Below, in pieces: positions 37,001 through 44,367 of a stretch of DNA of 64,000 nucleotides. Within the stretch, counting starts at the first letter, position 1, and every line of letters begins with the position of its first letter. A program made the translations under genes and the position numbers. Where the stretch lies: assembly GCA_017533005.1 (NCBI GenBank), contig JAFXIQ010000015.1, positions 713-64,712 on the forward strand, written 5' to 3'. The stretch is from Clostridia bacterium. Lineage in GTDB: Bacteria; Bacillota; Clostridia; Christensenellales; DTU072. Below the pieces are notes generated by a model. That model searched no databases and had not been told where the DNA came from. It saw only the letters and a list, made by a program, of their open reading frames with translations.

Positions 37001-37213
37001 GACGACGTTGACAGCGTAGCGCAAGCAATCGCATCGGGAAGCGTTCAAAAAGACGTTATGGACTATGATTTAGACGGAGAAGTTTCCTTGACCGACCTAG
37101 TAAATTGGGCAAGAAAAGCGAATCCTTTGGATATACCTAACAATATGCCGTCCAAGAAGTTTATTTCAGACGTAAAAATACGCAAAAAGGAGAATGGTGA
37201 AATTGAAATCTAG
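31052..37213 (+). CDS. secreted multidomain M6 (immune inhibitor A-like) zinc metalloprotease with RCC1-like repeats, Big_2 and Big_3-like Ig arrays and a C-terminal dockerin
   Basis: The N-terminal hydrophobic signal/anchor is MNKRNFIIKICAIVFVCLLVVVTAVATS. The zinc motif is VICHEMGHVLGAPDLY, the HEXXH...PDLY typical of M6/InhA. Repeats and dockerin are listed as separate features below. Confidence 0.8.
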   Translation: MNKRNFIIKICAIVFVCLLVVVTAVATSLNYGESSEPNTNYGTYTFSRSMELNDGENVRFYESGDNYFRYYHDENGYILIRDYENNTLEYAVNNGKGRPVASGVSYNASEFIIKNTPKMTALDIDFSSNQDLLMEYPISDDVDVMPLYSGGTTHETIVNLVIYIQFNDDYSFSFSSNDFNSYYNAGTNSLRNYYEVMSKGNLTINSMYPVRDSVLPYVYKAPNNREYYNVKDSNSTTRRNREKELLNGAVEEAKNRFSLSGLDLDTNNDEYIDSVSFLINGSTETTWGGLLWPHSWNLASINGNNDVKIGGVTVGDFTFNFTDSLDVGVICHEMGHVLGAPDLYHYEYDFVPVGKWDLMQFNMAIPQYMLTYMRKTYVGGIPDTAIVEISKNGVYSLSPVSSNPDVLAYRINSDRADEYFMVEYRKPSANGGYDTGISGAGLLVYRIKEGVTNGNRDALYKKSAYPDEVYVFRPSVNLTGKELSTDLIYSRSGKDVELAYLSPNNVNFSSVGSFTNTTKYNNENIYYTDGTNAGIVISALSISDESIEFSVKVDPNDTVSDDYFDDKLHVNEAVYTNTSFAGVNLSLTLNEIDVENIVDLSITLEDVDNNPIATNTLNVGKFRTAYASGMRTFNSQFIVGDKGNNIESVFSYGEFLSDSAPVSAKIYVVDADGDKMLVKTIAIDDNDTAWSMILSAKTSLSASVEAGSRITLGVRTDGTVSVSGTGNEVFAGIKNATGVVKASAGVAHTLAVLRNLTVMAYGANYNNECNVSGWRDIKDVSAGNYTSYGVTTDGNVMAVGLNNYGQLNVQDWKNIIKVDAGARHVAGVDTAGKVYAVGDNANGQLNVAGLTDIIDVACGNTFTACLKSDGTVVIVGTLANGNASEWENITLISAGNTHLVGLKADGKVVSTGDNTYGQASTINLYDIEDVSCGEYHTAYLRKDGVVEYRGEGNSQYGTNTELKNLKYADTEYVKATGVQTASETYRVAKGESIYLTTTIMPVTATYKRAIFATGDVNVATVSATGEETAKITGISVGKTSITIRLNGTGITKKIDVEVYETVALQEIVFADSEKSILIGETAQLTLLLQPENAIAQGTPYYRSSDESIVSIDQNGVITAGDRVGSATIYAVLDGKVAECTINVVSTIDSISLLTTNLQIKYDQEISWSELFMDVVIGNSTERIALTEDMIKTDYSITAIDVSQTISVEYMGHVKTFVLTVRNYVTGVAISTLPRTEYAYGEGMKVTDFVDGKLNVEYAYGSKEEKIDISYVSGYDAGKVGMQTITITYIDSTWGTSFITVYDVKVEDTVLEISYNPENRNYYFGDEYRMTDEFTIKMNSGAIRYKEVFDATIENFDSTVLGDQIITLKYFDDVAKVEHSVEAYVNVSLGNDFVINGANEDGKHYFEVGGNLGLTVTVIQNDGDVISIAPKNSEEDTVWVAFSGFDNSTMAEHAVVVSIYGKTREYTGSEYVVKERLVAVVGTINAFGKKQSERLSLVYERTEFKYGEDVDVKIKVEYTDGTVDVIEPMEEAYDPETVDIEQIYYARYIDEWLELPIIIHDYVMGLQPIEDKVTKYNVAISISVYAIMAKNGVVKLNASDYQVSNYSLTDVSGTQTVTVSYMTFATSFKLTVNDTFSSIAVKESIKKDYLYKEDIDLTSKYVITMESGAKKEVSYDSNFYYRVDHSATIKFDNTNTSNQQIISIYYRSEFGDVNVCDVYVMVHNYVEKLVVENGSKLDYEYGEALEISVKAVYANGASEKLKNTQYTTTYDAKKAGVQQIVIRYVDNYAGIVTSLATVTVNDTIISAEMTTYPNVRSYNFGEALSWVGAVLKVDYAGGTSAIYRGNEIKVFPITYNPTKTGTQYVVVNLGENEVRFSVNVSVENDTVLSYSITKEGLTFDRANRKFVVDKEGLVVSDVFAPIVYAKYLTANYVSSGTEIDAPTTSTRKLRTGDKVVLKNADEVVVYELVVYVYGDASGDGIFDSDDVDSVAQAIASGSVQKDVMDYDLDGEVSLTDLVNWARKANPLDIPNNMPSKKFISDVKIRKKENGEIEI
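32045..32059 (+). other. HEMGH zinc-binding active-site motif
   Basis: cac gaa atg gga cac is in frame with 31052 (codons 332-336), followed by LGAPDLY. Confidence 0.85.
33180..33930 (+). repeat. RCC1-like beta-propeller repeats (about 7 blades)
   Basis: Recurrent D[IV]x[AC]Gxxh[TS]xxhxxDGxVx[AS]hGxNxxGQxx[VI] units, for example KVDAGARHVAGVDTAGKVYAVGDNANGQLNV and DVACGNTFTACLKSDGTVVIVG. Confidence 0.65.
33960..36900 (+). repeat. Ig-like domain array: two Big_2-like domains, then about 10-12 Big_3-like repeats
   Basis: Big_2-like examples are YRVAKGESIYLTTTIMPVTATYKRAIFATGDVNVATVSATGE..ITGISVGKTSITI and ILIGETAQLTLLLQPENA...YRSSDESIVSIDQNGVITAGDRVGSATIYA. These are followed by repeated ..P.K.EY.YGE.LD..G..L.V.Y..G.. 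units, for example LPRTEYAYGEGMKVTDFVDGKLNVEYAYGSKEEKI. Confidence 0.6.
36967..37125 (+). other. dockerin-like module (two Ca2+-binding loop/helix repeats)
   Basis: GDASGDGIFDSDDVDSVAQAIASG and DYDLDGEVSLTDLVNWARKA match the duplicated D-x-[DN]-x-D-G-x-h-[DNS]-x-x-D-h pattern of type I dockerins. Confidence 0.65.
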
Positions 37214-37919
37214 AAGAATAATTTCCGTGTTGATAATAATTTTGCTACTTTCTGCGTGTTTATTAGTGGCGTGTGGCAATCCTATACCCAGAGAAGTAGA
37301 AAAAATCGCTATTATAAACGGCTCTTTCAAGGATACTTACAATCTCGACGAAGTCGTTAGCCTTAAAGATGCAAAAATAAGGGTAACGTATACCGATGGA
37401 ACGGGAGAGAATATTCCCATAACGCAAGATATGATTAGCGGGCTATCGACGGCTATTTGTACTAATAGTGCGACGCTTACGGTAACTTATAAAGAAAAAA
37501 CGGCTACTTTTATATATAAAGTCGTTTCGGATAGAAATATTGAATCTGCAGTTAGATTAAAAGCAGAGTGGGTAGAAGGCGAAACCAATTATATATCGGT
37601 GAAAGCGAGTGGCGTAGCTAATTCAGACCTTGCAGCAGTGAGCTTTACTTGTACGGCAAACAACGCTTTAACCTTAAAAAACGCAACTCTTACTTTGTCT
37701 AGCAAGTGGGCGTTGCAATATAGCGCAATAGATGCGAGAAACGTAAGAGTAGTTATCTATTCAAAGACCGGTGACGATACTTTGAATACCGACGGAGAAA
37801 TTTGCAAAATTAACGCTGTAAAAGGAATGGGGAATGCAGAAGTGTATCTGCAAAGCGCATCGTTTTCGAATGGAGAAAGAGATTTCACCATACCACCAGC
37901 GAGTTTAGAAATAGAGTAG
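37194..37919 (+). CDS. lipoprotein with an N-terminal Big_3-like domain and a C-terminal cohesin-like domain
   Basis: Signal peptide with lipobox (IIILLLSACLLVAC|GN). AGGAGA immediately precedes ATG 37194, so TTG 37203 (9-nt spacing, MKSRRIISVL...) may be the real start. The gene overlaps the end of the protease gene. The C-terminal 130 aa (AVRLKAEWVEGETNYISVKASGVANSDLAAVSFTCTANNALTL...VRVVIYSKTGDDTLNTDGEICKINAVKG...) follows the strand pattern of type I cohesins. Confidence 0.7.
   Translation: MVKLKSRRIISVLIIILLLSACLLVACGNPIPREVEKIAIINGSFKDTYNLDEVVSLKDAKIRVTYTDGTGENIPITQDMISGLSTAICTNSATLTVTYKEKTATFIYKVVSDRNIESAVRLKAEWVEGETNYISVKASGVANSDLAAVSFTCTANNALTLKNATLTLSSKWALQYSAIDARNVRVVIYSKTGDDTLNTDGEICKINAVKGMGNAEVYLQSASFSNGERDFTIPPASLEIE
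37520..37916 (+). other. cohesin-like domain
   Basis: By-eye pattern similarity to type I cohesin: AVRIKV...V.V.F.G....G.A...F...YD...L......IVFLF....G......DG.F..I...V. No profile search was run. Confidence 0.5.
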
Positions 37920-37928
37920 GAGTAGAAC

Positions 37929-39395
37929 ATGATAGCTATTATACCTAAACCACAATACGCAAAGATACTTTCTAATAACGTTTTCAATTATACAGAAAAA
38001 GACGTTACGAGAGAAGTGGACTTGTCTCTCGCAAAAAAGGGAGAATATACCCTAAAAATCGACGAAAAAGGCATTTTTGTGAGTGCAAAAGATGATATAG
38101 GATTTTTCTATGCAGATAAAAGCATCGAACAACTGCTTTTGCAAGGCGCGCTTCCGCATTGTGAGATAAAGGACTTACCGAAATACGAATATCGTGGCTT
38201 TATGTTGGACTGCGCGAGACATTTCTTTAGCGTTGAAACTGTCAAAAAGCAAATTGATATGATTTCCAAGTTCAAAATGAACGTTTTTCATTGGCATTTA
38301 ACTGATGACCAAGGCTGGAGAATACAAATCGATAAGTACCCACTTTTAACCGAAATCGGCTCTTACCGTGCGGGAACAAGGGGTGATAATAAACCCGTTA
38401 GTGGATATTACACCAAGGATGAAATAAGAGAAATCGTGGCTTATGCAAAAGAAAGGTATATAGACGTCATTCCCGAGATTGATATGCCGGGACATTTTTC
38501 GTCGGCTTGCGCTAGCTATCCACATCTATCGTGCTCGGGTGTAAGACCTAATGTAAAAGAAGGTTTTGGTATTCACGTTGATGTCGCTTGTGCAGGGAAA
38601 GAGAGTACGTATGAGTTTATAAAAGATATCATTGACGAAGTTGTCGAACTTTTCCCTTGCGAATACGTGCATTTGGGTGGGGACGAAGCATTACGTACAG
38701 ATTGGCTAGATTGCTCGGACTGTCAGCGTACCATTCAAGAGAATGGATTGAAAGACGAAGATGAGCTTCAAGCCTACTTTATGAATAAAATAGTTAGCTA
38801 TTTGAATAGTAAAGGCAAGAAGGCGATTAACTGGAACGACGGTATGATTGCGGAGAACGTGAGAGATGATATAATCATTCAACATTGGCAAGAAGGCGAA
38901 AAATCTCTAGAGGCAACCGTTCGTGAACTTAAGAAGGGAAGAACCGCGATAATTTCTCCATTCTTTAGCTATTATTTAGATTATCCTTACGGTATGACGC
39001 CTTTGAAAAAAACCTTCAAATGCAATCCGAAAATCGTAGATGAAGACGTGAACATTTTAGGCGTAGAATGTCCTTTGTGGACGGAGTACGTGGATAGCGA
39101 AGAGAAACTCGAGAAGCAAGTTTATCCAAGATTACTCGCCGTCGCAGAGAGAGGATGGAGCGAATACCATAATAATTACAAAGATTTTGACGCTCGCGTT
39201 AAGTTGGTAAGTAATATGTTTGACAAATATGGTATCAAATGTGCTAGAATAAAAGATGCAAATCCAACGATATTCACAGGGAAGCTTATATCTCTCATTA
39301 AGTTTTTCTGGAATGCAAAAGACAAGACGTTATTAGAATCTCAAACAAGAATAAATACCAACCATAGAAGGTTAAAGGAGAAGTATGGAAAATAA
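37929..39395 (+). CDS. GH20 beta-N-acetylhexosaminidase (no signal peptide)
   Basis: RGFMLDCARHF, FHWHLTDDQGWR and VHLGGDE are the catalytic-region motifs of GH20. GGAG lies 7 nt upstream. Confidence 0.85.
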   Translation: MIAIIPKPQYAKILSNNVFNYTEKDVTREVDLSLAKKGEYTLKIDEKGIFVSAKDDIGFFYADKSIEQLLLQGALPHCEIKDLPKYEYRGFMLDCARHFFSVETVKKQIDMISKFKMNVFHWHLTDDQGWRIQIDKYPLLTEIGSYRAGTRGDNKPVSGYYTKDEIREIVAYAKERYIDVIPEIDMPGHFSSACASYPHLSCSGVRPNVKEGFGIHVDVACAGKESTYEFIKDIIDEVVELFPCEYVHLGGDEALRTDWLDCSDCQRTIQENGLKDEDELQAYFMNKIVSYLNSKGKKAINWNDGMIAENVRDDIIIQHWQEGEKSLEATVRELKKGRTAIISPFFSYYLDYPYGMTPLKKTFKCNPKIVDEDVNILGVECPLWTEYVDSEEKLEKQVYPRLLAVAERGWSEYHNNYKDFDARVKLVSNMFDKYGIKCARIKDANPTIFTGKLISLIKFFWNAKDKTLLESQTRINTNHRRLKEKYGK

Positions 39396-42066
39396 GTTTT
39401 GGCATGCAAAAACAACGGAAGAAGTTTTCGAAGCTACAAGTACGCAAGCTAACGGTTTAACAACCGAAGAAGCTCAAGCTAGACTTGCTCGCGACGGAAA
39501 AAATGCACTTGCAGAAGGCAAAAAGCGCTCGCTAATTCTCAAGTTCTTCGACCAATTCAAGGACGTTATGATTATCGTATTGCTAGTAGCAGCAGCGGTA
39601 TCAGCAGTCATTTCTATTGTAGAAGGTAACTATAGTGAGCTTATCGATTCAGGATTAATTCTTTTAATCGTTGTCGTTAATGCAATTATCGGTCTTGTTC
39701 AAGAGAACAAGGCGGAAGCCGCGTTAGACGCCTTGAAAAACATCAATAAACCTTTCGCAAAGGTTATTCGTGACGGCGTTCTCACCAAGATTAAGAGTGA
39801 AGAAATCGTTGTCGGCGATATAGTCGTGCTAGAAGCAGGCGACATCGTTCCTGCAGATATTAGACTATTCGAAAGTGCTAGCCTTAAGGTTGAAGAAGCT
39901 GCTCTTACCGGTGAAAGCGTTCCTAGTGAAAAGGATGCTAGCTACGTAGCAAAAGAAGACGCACCTCTAGGCGATAGAGCTAATATGTGTTATTCTTCGG
40001 GCGTTGTTAGCTACGGCAGAGGACAAGGTGTTGTCGTTGAAACAGGTATGAATACCGAAGTTGGTAAGATTGCAAAGATGCTCAACGAAAGCGACAATTC
40101 ACAAACCCCTCTACAAGTTCAACTTGCAAAGACTGCAAAAGTATTGAGCATTGTTGTTCTAGCCATCGCAGCAGTTATTTTCGTGTCTGCAATCGTTATC
40201 GCAATTCAAGACGGCGCTGTTATAAAAGACGCTATACTTGATTCATTTATGACGGCAGTTGCTATTGCAGTTGCTGCTATTCCAGAAGGACTACCTGCAG
40301 TTGTTACCATCGTTCTAGCAATAGGCGTTCAAAAGATGAGCGACAGAAAGGCTATCGTTCGTAACCTTCCCGCAGTAGAAACTCTAGGTTGCTGTGAAGT
40401 TATTTGTTCAGATAAGACGGGAACTCTTACTCTTAACCAAATGACGGTAAAAGAACTTTATACCCCCGCAACGGGAATTTATAAAGCAGGCGAAGAAGCT
40501 GAAATGACCGAAGCTACAGAACTTCTTGTTCGTGGTATGGCTCTATGTAACGATACCATTGACAATGGTGATAAGCTTCTTGGCGACCCCACGGAAACAG
40601 CTCTTGTTGCATACGCAAAGAGCATCGGATACACCGAGTTCAAAGAGAAATACCCACGTGTTAGTGAGAACCCATTCGATTCTGTTCGTAAGCTTATGTC
40701 AACACTTAACGACGTTGACGGCAAAAAGGTTGCTCACATCAAAGGTGCTCCCGACCTTCTAATCGAAAAATGTAAATATATTTACGACGGTAAAGAAGTT
40801 AGAGAAATTACTGCCGACGACGTACAAGCTATCAAAGATAGTAACAGTGCAATGGCAGTTAAAGCACTACGCGTTCTAGCAGTTGCAGTTAAATACGACG
40901 ATGAAACGCTAGAAACCCTAGAACAAGATATGATTTTCGTTGGTCTAGTCGGTATGATTGACCCGCCTAGAGCAGAAGTTAAAGACGCTGTTGCAGTATG
41001 TAAGAAAGCAGGTATTACCGCTATTATGATTACCGGTGACCATATTGACACAGCTAGTGCAATCGCAAGAGAAATCGGTATTCTCGAAGAAGGCAAACGC
41101 GTTATCACAGGCGCAGAGCTAGATAAGCTATCAGATGAAGAGTTCTTTGCTCACCTAGATGAATACAGAGTATTCGCTCGCGTTAGCCCCGAGAACAAAG
41201 TTAGAATCGTTAAAGCATTCAAGGCAAGCAACAGAATCGTTGCTATGACGGGTGACGGCGTTAACGACGCTCCATCAATCAAAGCCGCAGATATCGGTAT
41301 CGGTATGGGTATCACAGGTACCGACGTTAGCAAGGGCGCAAGTGATATGGTCCTTGCAGACGACAACTTCGCAACAATCGTTTCTGCAGTTGAAGAAGGT
41401 AGAAAGGTCTTCTCGAACATCAAGAAAGCCGTTCAATACTTGCTATCAGCTAACATTGCAGAAGTTCTATGCTTATTCATAGCAACGCTATTCTTACAAG
41501 TAGAATTCTTAACCCCAGTTATGATTCTATGGGTTAACCTAGTAACGGACAGCCTACCCGCACTCGCACTCGGTACAGAGCCTGCAGAAGCCGACGTTAT
41601 GAATTACCCGCCTAGAAAGTCAGGTTCTTCATTATTCGCAGGTAAGACAGGCCGTGACATTCTAATTCAAGGTATAATGCAAACGGGACTTGTTATGGCG
41701 GCATTCTGCATCGGTAACTACGTTCTAGCTGACGGTGTAGCAAACCACGCTGTTGCAGAAACAATGGCATTCGTAACGCTTTGCTTCATTCAATTATTCC
41801 ACTCATACAACTTGCGTTCACAAACGCATAGCTTGTTTGCATCTAACCCATTATCAAACAAGTTCCTAGATTTGTCATTCCTAGTAGGCGCATTCCTAAT
41901 CGTTATCTGCGTAGCAATTCCCGCTATCGGCGAAACGTTATTCGACGCAGCTGCATTGAACATTGGAGAATGGGCAATTTCAATCGGACTAGCATTCGCA
42001 GTCGTTCCTATGGTCGAAATTCAAAAACTTATCGAAAGAGCTGTTGAGAAAAAGGCTAAAAAATAA
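39385..42066 (+). CDS. calcium-translocating P-type ATPase (P2A/P2B, YloB-like)
   Basis: LTGESVP, IPEGLPAVVT, CSDKTGTLTLN, MITGDH and TGDGVNDAPSIKAADIGIGMG, with 10 predicted TM segments. AAAGGAGAAG Shine-Dalgarno. The start overlaps the GH20 end by 11 nt. Confidence 0.9.
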   Translation: MENKFWHAKTTEEVFEATSTQANGLTTEEAQARLARDGKNALAEGKKRSLILKFFDQFKDVMIIVLLVAAAVSAVISIVEGNYSELIDSGLILLIVVVNAIIGLVQENKAEAALDALKNINKPFAKVIRDGVLTKIKSEEIVVGDIVVLEAGDIVPADIRLFESASLKVEEAALTGESVPSEKDASYVAKEDAPLGDRANMCYSSGVVSYGRGQGVVVETGMNTEVGKIAKMLNESDNSQTPLQVQLAKTAKVLSIVVLAIAAVIFVSAIVIAIQDGAVIKDAILDSFMTAVAIAVAAIPEGLPAVVTIVLAIGVQKMSDRKAIVRNLPAVETLGCCEVICSDKTGTLTLNQMTVKELYTPATGIYKAGEEAEMTEATELLVRGMALCNDTIDNGDKLLGDPTETALVAYAKSIGYTEFKEKYPRVSENPFDSVRKLMSTLNDVDGKKVAHIKGAPDLLIEKCKYIYDGKEVREITADDVQAIKDSNSAMAVKALRVLAVAVKYDDETLETLEQDMIFVGLVGMIDPPRAEVKDAVAVCKKAGITAIMITGDHIDTASAIAREIGILEEGKRVITGAELDKLSDEEFFAHLDEYRVFARVSPENKVRIVKAFKASNRIVAMTGDGVNDAPSIKAADIGIGMGITGTDVSKGASDMVLADDNFATIVSAVEEGRKVFSNIKKAVQYLLSANIAEVLCLFIATLFLQVEFLTPVMILWVNLVTDSLPALALGTEPAEADVMNYPPRKSGSSLFAGKTGRDILIQGIMQTGLVMAAFCIGNYVLADGVANHAVAETMAFVTLCFIQLFHSYNLRSQTHSLFASNPLSNKFLDLSFLVGAFLIVICVAIPAIGETLFDAAALNIGEWAISIGLAFAVVPMVEIQKLIERAVEKKAKK

Positions 42067-43724
42067 TGGATTATAAAATAATGCTCCCACAAACAATTTG
42101 GCAAGACTACGACCCTTCGCAAGAAGAGCTCGGCGCCAAATTGGTAGGGGAACAAATAAACGATAACGTAACAACCCAAAATTATCGTTTCATAGCACTA
42201 ACAACCGACGACGGTAACATTGATGTTGCCGTCAAGGTCGTTTCACCACTAGACGGCTCCGATAGGGCCGTCGTTATCGTGGAAGAATACCACAGAGAAC
42301 CGAGCGAAGAGCTTGTTCTTGACCTAGTAGCTAGTGGCTACGTTGTTATAATTCCGGATATTTCGGGAGTACATAGCACGCCTACGACTTTCCCAGAGAG
42401 TTTGTATTACGGTGCGTACGATAAGGCGGGCGAGCATATTGAAAAGGTTTCACCGACGGCGAAAGACACTTGTCAATATCTTTACGCTATCATCGTTAAA
42501 AGAGCGTTAGAGTTTGTTAAAAAAGAACTTAACGTGCAAGAAATAGCCCTTGTAGGATTAGGAAACGCCGTAGAAGTCGCTATGATAGTAGCAGGTACAG
42601 GCGCGGACGTAAAAGGACTAGCGTGTATAAACGGTGCGGGTTATAGAGAATATATCCGCCTTAATAAATACGGAAGTGAAAAGGAACTCGTTCTAGACGA
42701 AGAGAGAATGTGTTGGTTAACGGGCATAGCATCCGTTGCTTACGCAAAGCACGTAAAAGCACCTACGTTTATAGCTTTAGGTAGCAATAGCGAACTCGTT
42801 GATATGGATAGGGTTGAAAACCTAACGGCGCTTTTGGAGAGTGATACGCATATCGTAATAAGCCCTATGGCAGGGAACTTTATTCTTCCCGATGCATATT
42901 TAGGATTTAAGATATGGCTTAAATCGATATTCGACGATAGGACACTCCCAGAGATTCCAAAAATCGATATAAGAGTTAGCGAAGAAGGTAAAATCTACTT
43001 TGACGTAGACTGCGACCCGAGCGCAATGGTAAACAAAGTAGTCGTTTACTACAGTACGGGAGATTACAACCACGAAATTCGTGCTTGGAATAAGGAAGAC
43101 GGGATTTGTATATCATTTAATAACGAGTATATCGCATCTCCCGCGGTTTACGATGAAAAAGCACCTTTATTTGCCTATGCAGAAGTGCAATACGAGAGTG
43201 GATTAACGCTCACTTCACTACCCGAATACGTTGAGCTTAAAGGTTTACCCGTTATACCTTGTGCAAAAAAGAAAATCGGTAGAAACGCGATAATATACCA
43301 ACCGTCGCAAGAAAAGGGTAACTTCGTAGAAGACTGCGACAAAGAAGTCCTTATGGCGCGTGGTATAGAAATGTTTAAGACCAAAAGGGGAGCTATGGGC
43401 GTTAAGAGCAAACACGGCGCCTTAAAAACCTATCACTTCGCACCGAGCGTGGGCGAAAATGAAGAAAAAATCTTGCAAATCGACATATACACGGAAGAAT
43501 TTACTCGTGCATGCGTCACACTTTACGTTGACACCGAAGACGGAACACGCGCTTATACAGCAGAAGATAACGTACAAGACACAAAAGGCTTGTTCGTTAG
43601 CTATATGTTCAAAAAATCCGACTTCAAGGACAACAAACTCATGCCACTAACCGACTGGGCGGAAGTAAAAGCGCTATCCGTTAAAGGTGAAGGCATAGCT
43701 ATAAGCAACATATTGTTTATTTAG
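42066..43724 (+). CDS. hypothetical protein with a possible alpha/beta-hydrolase-like N-terminal half
   Basis: 552-aa ORF translationally coupled to the ATPase gene (TAATG overlap). The segment VVIVEEYH...GYVVIIPD...IALVGLGNAVEVA resembles an esterase fold, but the nucleophile-elbow position reads G-L-G-N-A with no Ser. The function call is weak. Confidence 0.4.
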   Translation: MDYKIMLPQTIWQDYDPSQEELGAKLVGEQINDNVTTQNYRFIALTTDDGNIDVAVKVVSPLDGSDRAVVIVEEYHREPSEELVLDLVASGYVVIIPDISGVHSTPTTFPESLYYGAYDKAGEHIEKVSPTAKDTCQYLYAIIVKRALEFVKKELNVQEIALVGLGNAVEVAMIVAGTGADVKGLACINGAGYREYIRLNKYGSEKELVLDEERMCWLTGIASVAYAKHVKAPTFIALGSNSELVDMDRVENLTALLESDTHIVISPMAGNFILPDAYLGFKIWLKSIFDDRTLPEIPKIDIRVSEEGKIYFDVDCDPSAMVNKVVVYYSTGDYNHEIRAWNKEDGICISFNNEYIASPAVYDEKAPLFAYAEVQYESGLTLTSLPEYVELKGLPVIPCAKKKIGRNAIIYQPSQEKGNFVEDCDKEVLMARGIEMFKTKRGAMGVKSKHGALKTYHFAPSVGENEEKILQIDIYTEEFTRACVTLYVDTEDGTRAYTAEDNVQDTKGLFVSYMFKKSDFKDNKLMPLTDWAEVKALSVKGEGIAISNILFI

Positions 43725-43730
43725 AGAGAA

Positions 43731-44297
43731 ATGAAAAAAGCTGTTGGAATCATATTAGAAGTTGTTTTTTTAATTCTATGCATTGTAGTTGCATATTTTC
43801 TTTCTAACTATATGTTCGCAACGGTTCCTATCGACGGAAATTCGATGGAAGGACTCCTTCATAACGAAGACAAGGTTATAGTTTATAAAGTCGGCAAATA
43901 TAAGCACGGTGACGTAGTCATATTCGATACCGGCGAAAAGTATATTACCGACGAGGGTAAAGAAGCAAATAGATATTTCGTCAAGCGTATAATCGGGCTT
44001 CCTGGCGATACCATAGAAATCAAAAGGGCTCCTGACGGCGAATTTTTCGTATATAGAAACGGAGAAAAACTCGTAGAAGAATACCTAACCGCAAACGTAA
44101 AGAATGCGTATAGCGAAATGGCGCCCACAGTTATAAACGATGGAGAATTCTTCTTCTTGGGCGATAACAGGCTTAATTCGGACGACAGCCGTAATGATAG
44201 GCGAGGCAAGCTCGATAAAATCGTAGGACGCGTCATATTGAGATATGGCAAAGAAGGCTTCTTCAAAGATAACGATATAATTAAACGCGTAGCTTAA
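43731..44297 (+). CDS. lepB: signal peptidase I
   Basis: An N-terminal TM segment, then VPIDGNSMEGLL (the Ser box SM), VKRIIGLPGDTIE (the Lys box) and GDNRLNSDDSR. Confidence 0.9.
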   Translation: MKKAVGIILEVVFLILCIVVAYFLSNYMFATVPIDGNSMEGLLHNEDKVIVYKVGKYKHGDVVIFDTGEKYITDEGKEANRYFVKRIIGLPGDTIEIKRAPDGEFFVYRNGEKLVEEYLTANVKNAYSEMAPTVINDGEFFFLGDNRLNSDDSRNDRRGKLDKIVGRVILRYGKEGFFKDNDIIKRVA

Positions 44298-44312
44298 TAG
44301 ACAAACAAAGAC

Positions 44313-44339
44313 AAAAACCACCATTAGGGTGGTTTTTTT
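44313..44339 (+). terminator. rho-independent terminator after lepB
   Basis: AAAAACCACC-ATTAG-GGTGGTTTTTTT. Confidence 0.75.
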
Positions 44340-44367
44340 ATGATGTTTTACAAGGTATAATTTTGAA

